From a virus, in IMG/VR virus record IMGVR_UViG_3300045988_002296, positions 1-6,350 of that record: a DNA stretch of 6,350 bases; one strand, 5' to 3'. Each line of letters starts with the position of its first letter. Position 1 is the stretch's first letter. The position numbers were made by a program, and so were the translations under genes. Below are positions 1 through 5,334 of the stretch, piece after piece. The notes under the pieces are model-generated. The model searched no databases, was not told the DNA's origin, and saw only the letters and a program-made list of their open reading frames with translations.

Positions 1-55
1 GAATCACCTAGATTAACCACAGCAACATCACCAAACTGAGAATTCGGAAGAATAC
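1..55. repeat. Terminal overlap copy 1 (identical to 6296-6350); circular-contig assembly overlap
   Basis: gaatcacctagattaaccacagcaacatcaccaaactgagaattcggaagaatac appears at both window ends. It lies inside the capsid reading frame, which continues in phase across the junction. Confidence 0.95.
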
Positions 56-908
56 CCATAAACATATCCTTATTCCAGTTACAATAGCGAAGAGAAAATA
101 TGTTATCACGTTTCCAATAACCACTGTTAGCCGGAATAGAAGAAGGAATACCAGAAGATCCAAACAAGTTACCAGAACCATTATAATAATCTACATTATA
201 AGAAGTAGGATCAGCATTTTCCCATTGAGACCAACGGAAAAAATCTTGATAAATCTTCTGATAAGCTAAAAGCGGAAAAAGAGAAACGGCATTATCATTA
301 TTATATTTCTGAGTATAATTTCGAACGCCACCAACAGTAAAAGAAGTATTCCACCAACGATTTTGAGAAGTTCCTACAATAGTAGAACTATTCTTAACAA
401 AATTACCATAATTCAAATAAGAAAGTAACTTAGCAGAAGTATCACCACGATTAAAATTGAAAATATTTCCAAAACCGGGAGGTACAGTTACAGTAGAACC
501 CAAAGCAGTGTTACCAACAGAAAAAATAAGAGCATTATGAATGTCGTTAAGACGACACCAAGGAATATCAGTTCCAACAGTAAGAGGATCAAGTAGAGTT
601 TTAGCCTGAACAGGAGCAACTTCACCCATCTGAATCACAGCAGAATCAAACGATTTCCAAAGAAGATCACAAGGAACGGCATAAAAGTCAAAATACTCAC
701 GAATACGAGTATAAGCAGCCGTCTGAACCGGACGTGTACGAGTGAAATAAGCCAAATCGATATCATAATCACAATCAGGTATTGCCATATCCCAGTAAAC
801 AGGAAGCAATTCACCAACCTTAGCAGTAAACAAATTTTTACTACCAATGTCAAAACCAGCCTTATGAGGATGATTTTGAAGTTCTTTCAAACCAGTAAAA
901 TGTGCCAT
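1..908 (-). CDS. VP1: Major capsid protein VP1 (phiX174 F-like jelly-roll), N-terminal part (302 codons + 2 nt); continues at 6295 going down
   Basis: ATG at 908-906. Hand translation of the minus strand 908->1 has no stop: MAHFTGLKELQNHPHKAGFDIGSKNLFTAKVGELLPVYWDMAIPDCDYDIDLAYFTRTRPVQTAAYTRIREYFDFYAVPCDLLWKSF...SLRYCNWNKDMFMGILPNSQFGDVAVVNLGDS. The last residues repeat the start of track ORF 5335..6315. The ORF track misses this part because no stop lies inside the window. The motifs (ELLPV..D..P.D, R.REYF.FYAVP..LLW, NW.KD.F...LP..Q.G) are typical of microvirus VP1. Confidence 0.9.
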   Translation of the reverse strand, partial: MAHFTGLKELQNHPHKAGFDIGSKNLFTAKVGELLPVYWDMAIPDCDYDIDLAYFTRTRPVQTAAYTRIREYFDFYAVPCDLLWKSFDSAVIQMGEVAPVQAKTLLDPLTVGTDIPWCRLNDIHNALIFSVGNTALGSTVTVPPGFGNIFNFNRGDTSAKLLSYLNYGNFVKNSSTIVGTSQNRWWNTSFTVGGVRNYTQKYNNDNAVSLFPLLAYQKIYQDFFRWSQWENADPTSYNVDYYNGSGNLFGSSGIPSSIPANSGYWKRDNIFSLRYCNWNKDMFMGILPNSQFGDVAVVNLGD

Positions 909-920
909 AAATTAAATTAG

Positions 921-2756
921 TTAATCAGAAAATAATAAAACACCTTGCATATCATTAAACTCCTTATGTTTAACCTTATCCTTCAAGACCTTCTCCGTGC
1001 GGGCAGTCAACCATTTAAGAGTTTTCATATAGCGCTTATAAAGATCATCGGGAAGACAATTAACATAGTCTTCACGTTGAGTATAAGTCCAAGAATGAGG
1101 AGAATCCGTAGCAAGACCAGAACCAGAAGTCCGGACAAGAAGGAACAAACGCTCATCATCATTACAACCTTCGAGATACTCAAAGTAGGTAGTCAAGAAA
1201 CGATATTCCTTCTTTTTCCAATATTCCCATCCATGAGACCAAATTTTCTTAATAGCGGCCTTTAAAGACCAAGAATCAGTATATTGTTTCAAGTTCCAGA
1301 ACTTAAAACAGCGGAGAACCTTAGCAAACAAGCGATATAATCTACCAAAAATCATATCCTTATTACATACATAACCATCAAAAAGGCGAGCCTCACGGAA
1401 TATCAATTCATCAGCATAATCGCGAGTTCGATAACCTCTAAGGAAACGAAGGCTGAATGAAAAGTCGGTAAAATTCCGCTCATAGTACTCAGAATAAGCA
1501 CGTATGAGATTAGATAATCGAAAACCATCAGAACCAAAACTAGGAGTATCTATTCCAAGATAGCCGCGCGAAACGAGGCGTTCGGGCGTTTCAATGATAG
1601 ACTGAAATAACTTGCAACAAGTATCACTATCTGAGAAAAAATCATTAGAGAATCGGGGGAATACCGCAAGCTCACTCTGCCGTACAGGCCTGATGTTGAC
1701 AACCTTGCCATTAGAATCGACGTTAATGCCATCAAAGAAGAGATCGGATATCTTTGAAATTTCTGAAATGTCGGACGATTTAGGAAAGACTTTATTCGAG
1801 CCAAATCCCTTGGAATGGAAGGATCGAGGACGGATTTCTTTTTGTCCAACATAAAGGAATGGTAGACAAGCAGCACTATTAACGTATGACGCAACATAGG
1901 AAGCAGCGGCTCCACGGGAGAGAGAGTAATCGATACGACCGTAGGACCAAGCCTTAGATATATCTTCTCGTAATGTTTTGGTGATCTCTTCCGAGTCAAA
2001 GAATAGTAAACAATGCCAATGCGGACGGTAGGTTTGAGGTCCGTATTCTGATACAACGTAGTAACATATTTTCGAGGAAGTGAATCCATGTGAATCTAAA
2101 TTTCTTCGTAAACGTTTAAAAAATAATTCAATATCACGAGATTGAAGAACAGGAATCTGTAACTTACAATCAGCAAGAGAAGGGTAAACTACCTTTTTCT
2201 TACCATAATCATAATGACCATTAGCTTTAATTAAAATATCTTGAAGTTCAGTAAGTTTCATAGGAACACAGAATTTCAAAGGTTCATCCTCAAAGGAACG
2301 AAAGCGAAATGATCCTTTTGATCTTACAGAAACATCACGAGGAATAGATTGAAAACCTATATCAAAAACTTGCTCAACTTCATTTTGTGCAGAATCAAGA
2401 GAAAGGTCACGATCATGATAATATTCAGGAGTTAAAAGCCGAGGATCGGAGGTAGAAACCATTGTCTCAAAGTTTTCATCAAAGAGATAACGATTACCAG
2501 ATCTCCGAACAACCTCGACTGACAAGTAAGGAAGAAATATATCCTTATATGTAAGAGTAACAAAATAACAATACTTGAAATGCGTAGCCATATTCATAGC
2601 ATAAGCCGTAGCAAAATTCGACTTATTCATGATACATGATTTACAATGACCACATGGGGCAAAGATAACATCATGAGAATAAGGATTCACAATTCTTTGA
2701 GGTCGAAGACACTCAGTAAAAAGATACTTTGTTAATAATTCTTCCTTAGGTATCAT
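921..2756 (-). CDS. VP4: Replication initiator protein VP4 (phiX174 gpA-like HUH rolling-circle endonuclease), 611 aa
   Basis: ATG at 2756, TAA at 923-921. N-terminal ECLRPQRIVNP followed by the PCGHCKSC Cys cluster (2634-2657). HUH motif I is FVTLTY (2547-2564), motif II is PHWHCLLFF (1998-2024), and motif III is the twin-tyrosine YVASYVNS (1875-1898; compare phiX174 gpA YVAKYVNK). Confidence 0.92.
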   Translation of the reverse strand: MIPKEELLTKYLFTECLRPQRIVNPYSHDVIFAPCGHCKSCIMNKSNFATAYAMNMATHFKYCYFVTLTYKDIFLPYLSVEVVRRSGNRYLFDENFETMVSTSDPRLLTPEYYHDRDLSLDSAQNEVEQVFDIGFQSIPRDVSVRSKGSFRFRSFEDEPLKFCVPMKLTELQDILIKANGHYDYGKKKVVYPSLADCKLQIPVLQSRDIELFFKRLRRNLDSHGFTSSKICYYVVSEYGPQTYRPHWHCLLFFDSEEITKTLREDISKAWSYGRIDYSLSRGAAASYVASYVNSAACLPFLYVGQKEIRPRSFHSKGFGSNKVFPKSSDISEISKISDLFFDGINVDSNGKVVNIRPVRQSELAVFPRFSNDFFSDSDTCCKLFQSIIETPERLVSRGYLGIDTPSFGSDGFRLSNLIRAYSEYYERNFTDFSFSLRFLRGYRTRDYADELIFREARLFDGYVCNKDMIFGRLYRLFAKVLRCFKFWNLKQYTDSWSLKAAIKKIWSHGWEYWKKKEYRFLTTYFEYLEGCNDDERLFLLVRTSGSGLATDSPHSWTYTQREDYVNCLPDDLYKRYMKTLKWLTARTEKVLKDKVKHKEFNDMQGVLLFSD

Positions 2757-2768
2757 ACTATTATACTA

Positions 2769-2960
2769 TTACAAATCTATAGAAGCCTGAACCAGAATAA
2801 TAGCATGAGGGGTAGAGTCAAGAATAGAAGCAACCTTTTCTGCTAAAGTAGAAGAAGCGTCTACAAATGACTGTTTCGGTGGAACACCGGGTAACTGAAC
2901 TGAAACAATAAAACCATTCACAAAAATCTCATTTTCTTTCTTCAATACTTGTTTTTCCAT
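2769..2960 (-). CDS. Hypothetical protein, 63 aa (MEKQVLKKENEIFVNGFIVSVQLPGVPPKQSFVDASSTLAEKVASILDSTPHAIILVQASIDL)
   Basis: The ATG at 2960 lies 16 nt after the stop of the 67-aa ORF and the gene ends 12 nt before the VP4 ATG. The 100-aa track version (2769..3071) starts at a TTG and overlaps the upstream ORF, so the ATG start is preferred. No motif recognised. Confidence 0.5.
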   Translation of the reverse strand: MEKQVLKKENEIFVNGFIVSVQLPGVPPKQSFVDASSTLAEKVASILDSTPHAIILVQASIDL

Positions 2961-2976
2961 AACAATAAAATTTAAA

Positions 2977-3180
2977 TTAATATTTGGGGTTAATATTGAT
3001 ATGAGTAGAATCCACAGAAGATGTAGACGTTTGCTCAGTTTTTTGGGTCGAATTAGTATTATTCTTAGCAATACTTAAAGAAGCTGTGCAAGACTGAACA
3101 AATAATGTGGTAATGATACCAATGGCAAATGTGGCAATCAATTTAATAATTTCAATCCACTGAGCAGATGTAATTTTCAT
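2977..3180 (-). CDS. Small membrane or lipoprotein-like protein, 67 aa
   Basis: ATG at 3180 preceded by an A-rich leader. MKITSAQ, then a hydrophobic helix WIEIIKLIATFAIGIITTLFV (3097-3159), then QSC (Cys31, 3088-3090), then a Ser/Thr/Asn-rich tail. It is the first ORF after the non-coding region and candidate promoter. Confidence 0.6.
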   Translation of the reverse strand: MKITSAQWIEIIKLIATFAIGIITTLFVQSCTASLSIAKNNTNSTQKTEQTSTSSVDSTHININPKY

Positions 3181-3200
3181 AATAGTTTTTTTTAGACATA

Positions 3201-3237
3201 CAAAGTAATGAAAAAATAATTGTAATCAGCAAATTTA
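3201..3237 (-). promoter_or_regulatory. Candidate Bacteroidetes-type promoter(s) driving the minus-strand gene train
   Basis: The minus strand reads TAAATTTG (3237->3230), a perfect TAnnTTTG -7 box. Its TTTG (3233->3230) could instead serve as a -33 element, followed by a 21-nt spacer and TTACTTTG (3208->3201; one mismatch to TAnnTTTG). The ORF ATG lies at 3180. No Shine-Dalgarno sequence is evident, which fits a Bacteroidetes host. Confidence 0.35.
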
Positions 3238-3269
3238 TTAACTATTATTATGAATTAAGTAGTGTATTA

Positions 3270-3301
3270 GGGGGGGTGTGTCATTTTTCGTATATATGAC
3301 A
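3270..3301. other. G7 (viral strand C7) homopolymer followed by a 6-bp inverted repeat tgtcat/atgaca around a T/A-rich 11-nt spacer
   Basis: G run at 3270-3276. tgtcat (3279-3284) pairs with atgaca (3296-3301). Spacer is ttttcgtatat. Confidence 0.6.
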
Positions 3302-3311
3302 AGTATAGAGA

Positions 3312-3336
3312 GTAATTACTGAGATAAAGTAATTAC
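3312..3336. repeat. Twin palindrome GTAATTAC x2 forming a 9-bp stem / 7-nt loop hairpin
   Basis: gtaattact (3312-3320) pairs with agtaattac (3328-3336); loop gagataa. Each GTAATTAC is also self-complementary. Confidence 0.7.
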
Positions 3337-3365
3337 CCTTCGGGAAAAATGAAATAGGCTTCGCC
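3337..3365 (-). other. Two GAA-loop mini-hairpins on the viral strand: CCCGAAGGG (3345->3337) and GGCGAAGCC (3365->3357, contains GCGAAGC)
   Basis: The plus strand reads cccttcggg and ggcttcgcc, 11 nt apart. On the packaged (minus) strand these read CGAAG cores closed by G:C pairs. Confidence 0.6.
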
Positions 3366-3438
3366 AACAGAAATTAACAAGAAGGTTAAATACTGTTTCA
3401 AATTCACAGCCAGGAAATCAGAAACTTTTACAGGGAAG

Positions 3439-3465
3439 GAAAGACAGGAAAGGACAGAAAGACAG
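3439..3465. repeat. Three tandem degenerate 8-10 nt repeats (G)AAAG(G)ACAG inside a purine-rich tract (3431-3494; polypyrimidine on the viral strand)
   Basis: gaaagacag (3439-3447), gaaaggacag (3448-3457), aaagacag (3458-3465). The viral strand reads CTGTCTTT CTGTCCTTTC CTGTCTTTC. Confidence 0.65.
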
Positions 3466-3496
3466 CTACCTTAGGAAGAGATTAAGGACAAAAGTG

Positions 3497-3523
3497 TTCG
3501 CTAAAGCGAATGCGCCTCTGGCG
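3497..3523. other. Two adjacent small hairpins (ttcgc-taaa-gcgaa and cgcc-tct-ggcg)
   Basis: 3497-3501 pairs with 3506-3510 (5 bp, 4-nt loop). 3513-3516 pairs with 3520-3523 (4 bp, 3-nt loop). Confidence 0.5.
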
Positions 3524-3534
3524 ATATCAAGGTG
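3521..3534 (-). promoter_or_regulatory. phiX174-origin-like motif CACCTTGATATCGC on the viral strand; candidate VP4 nick site / plus-strand origin
   Basis: The minus strand 3534->3521 matches the phiX174 gpA origin core CAACTTGATATT at 10 of 12 positions, including the contiguous CTTGATAT that spans the gpA cleavage site (G/A). It is flanked by hairpins on both sides. Confidence 0.3.
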
Positions 3535-3541
3535 CTAACGC

Positions 3542-3560
3542 TCTAGGGCAACACCCTAGA
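3542..3560. other. Perfect 7-bp stem / 5-nt loop hairpin tctaggg-caaca-ccctaga
   Basis: 3542-3548 is the exact reverse complement of 3554-3560. Confidence 0.7.
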
Positions 3561-3612
3561 ACCCTGTATTTGTCGCTCGCGCTGTATAAGAATATAAGAG
3601 AAATAGAACAAT

Positions 3613-3658
3613 AAAAAAAATGAGAGTATCATCTTCCGGCCGGGAGACAATACTCGCA
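3613..3658 (-). terminator. Rho-independent terminator downstream of VP2
   Basis: The minus strand reads TGCGAGTATTGTCTCCCGGCCGGAAGATGATACTCTCA followed directly by TTTTTTTT (plus-strand A8 at 3613-3620). The outer stem is gagtat/atactc (3624-3629 with 3650-3655). The inner GC-rich stem surrounds the palindrome ccggccgg (3632-3647). It begins 27 nt after the VP2 stop (3685). Confidence 0.7.
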
Positions 3659-3684
3659 TTTTAATGAAAAACAAAACAGTTTGA

Positions 3685-4917
3685 TCAACGGAATCCTCTA
3701 ATAGTCTTAGGAGAACGAAGACCACGACCAAGCATTAAAGGGAGACCGACACCATTACCAATACGACCAATAGATTCAATACCAGTATTCCAATAACGAG
3801 AACTATAATTATATTCATCAAGATAGCCTTTAGCAACATCTCCTTTTCCACGAGATTGACCAGCTTCACGAGCATAACCAACATAACCACGGGAATACAG
3901 CTCATCAGAAGAATATTGCCATTGAAGAGCACCGATCAATTGATCAGCTGTTTCAGAAGCAATCCTATTAGAGATCTTCTGACCTTCGGTTTCAGCCATA
4001 TTCATAAGTTGTTTAGTAACCTCAGTTTTACATTGCTGAAGAGACAAACGACCAGAAGCAAAAGCTTGAAAAGCCTGATTAGCCATCAGATTTAACTGTA
4101 AGGATTGAGAATCATCCAAATACTTATTAATAATACGTTTAGCCTCATTAGATAAAAGAATATCAGTACGTTGAGCACGTTGAATTTTATTGATCCATTG
4201 CATATTCTCAAGATTTTGCCGATCAGTATTGAAAGACAATTGAGCACGAGACATACCAGTAGTTTGTAACCAATTACGATACTCAGGAGTCAACTTATAC
4301 CAATCAATATTAGAAAGAGTATCAGCAGCCCTAGCATCAGACAAAGATTTTTGACCTTGCAGGTTAGAAACCTCAGCATTAGAAATCTTAGTAGCATTAT
4401 CCATCTGAATAGCCGTAGAAAGAGCATTTTGAATACCATCAAATTGAAGAGGATTATTCTGAATAGGAGAAGCAGCAGAAGCCGGAGAAGAAGATCCGGC
4501 ATTACTAGCAGTTCCAACATTAGAAGAATCCATACCTAAATAAGGGTTATATCCAGCTTCCTGAAGACGCTTACGAATATTCTTAGGAGAATTCCACTCA
4601 TTAGTCTTATTCCACATTTCAGTCTGATATTTACGAGCCTTTTCAGCTTCAAGAGCATTAAACTCATTATTCATCTTATTAATCTGCATATTCTTAGAAT
4701 TAGAAGAAACAGTACCAATAGTATTACCTGCCAAAGAAGCAGCGCCAGCAACAAGACCAGCAGCAACCAAAGGAGCAATACCAAACTGAATAAAAGAATT
4801 ATCATTCAACCGGATCAGGTGATCCAGAAGAAGAACTACTACTAGCAGCAGCAGCGGCAGAAATTTCCTCATCATATTTTTTACGAGCTTCGGTACCTGC
4901 ACGAACTTCAAGATCAT
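3685..4917 (-). CDS. VP2: Minor capsid / DNA pilot protein VP2 (phiX174 H-like); longest ATG ORF is 410 aa, true start uncertain (4917, 4875/4872, or TTG 4809)
   Basis: TGA at 3687-3685. Gly/Ala-rich hydrophobic N-terminal segment FGIAPLVAAGLVAGAASLAGNTIG (compare phiX174 H MFGAIAGGIASALAGG). This is followed by the conserved VP2 signature NEFNALEAEKARKYQTEMWNKTNEWNSPKNIRKRLQEAGYNPYLG, then a long Q/N/S-rich, probably coiled-coil region. Upstream of about 4809 the ORF overlaps the 173-aa gene. Confidence 0.85.
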   Translation of the reverse strand: MILKFVQVPKLVKNMMRKFLPLLLLVVVLLLDHLIRLNDNSFIQFGIAPLVAAGLVAGAASLAGNTIGTVSSNSKNMQINKMNNEFNALEAEKARKYQTEMWNKTNEWNSPKNIRKRLQEAGYNPYLGMDSSNVGTASNAGSSSPASAASPIQNNPLQFDGIQNALSTAIQMDNATKISNAEVSNLQGQKSLSDARAADTLSNIDWYKLTPEYRNWLQTTGMSRAQLSFNTDRQNLENMQWINKIQRAQRTDILLSNEAKRIINKYLDDSQSLQLNLMANQAFQAFASGRLSLQQCKTEVTKQLMNMAETEGQKISNRIASETADQLIGALQWQYSSDELYSRGYVGYAREAGQSRGKGDVAKGYLDEYNYSSRYWNTGIESIGRIGNGVGLPLMLGRGLRSPKTIRGFR

Positions 4918-5323
4918 GAGCTACCTGAGTTAAACTTTCAGACCAAGCAAGAATTTCAGAAGGAGACTGCAAATGACGAGATTTAACAGTATCCAAAAGA
5001 AGTTGATCATCCATTTGATCCAATTGAGACTGAATAGCAGACGTTTTCGTCCTACGAGACTCAGAAAGATAACGCAATCCTTCAATACCAATCTTATTAG
5101 CAGTATCCTTAGCATGAAGAAGCATAGAAATATCAGAACGATAACGGTAACACTTATCATTATCTTCACCAGTAATTTCGATACAGAATTTAGAAACAGG
5201 ATCTATTTCAACAGCTATCTCCTTTTCACGAACAACAGGATTAAAACCAACAGCAGAAATAGAAGGATCTACCTCACGGAAACCACGACCGAAACAAACC
5301 TTATTTGAACACTTATTTTCCAT
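4802..5323 (-). CDS. Hypothetical protein, 173 aa, between VP1 and VP2; possibly an internal scaffolding (VP3-like) function, by position only
   Basis: ATG at 5323, 11 nt after the VP1 stop; TGA at 4804-4802. The sequence is charged and non-hydrophobic with normal-looking composition, and ends in an AAAAASSSSSSGS low-complexity tail (4826-4858). No motif recognised. Confidence 0.65.
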   Translation of the reverse strand: MENKCSNKVCFGRGFREVDPSISAVGFNPVVREKEIAVEIDPVSKFCIEITGEDNDKCYRYRSDISMLLHAKDTANKIGIEGLRYLSESRRTKTSAIQSQLDQMDDQLLLDTVKSRHLQSPSEILAWSESLTQVAHDLEVRAGTEARKKYDEEISAAAAASSSSSSGSPDPVE

Positions 5324-5334
5324 AATAAATAATA

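Noticed and set aside
2769-3071. 100-aa version of the small ORF upstream of VP4
   Set aside because: The start at 3071 is a TTG, and the first 37 codons overlap the 67-aa ORF in another frame. The internal ATG at 2960 gives a non-overlapping 63-aa product that fits the compact gene spacing.
3278-3305. XerCD dif-like recombination site (attP) at the tgtcat/atgaca inverted repeat
   Set aside because: The arms are only 6 bp and are separated by 11 nt rather than a 6-nt central region. The inner arm bases do not mirror each other as in dif (CATAA/TTATG). This is kept only as a weak alternative.
3543-3731. 62-aa minus-strand ORF spanning the VP2 3' end and the non-coding region
   Set aside because: It begins out of frame inside VP2 and runs straight through the terminator hairpin and T8 tract (the FF/LL codons). 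It ends in the 3542-3560 hairpin. It is more simply explained as structured non-coding DNA.
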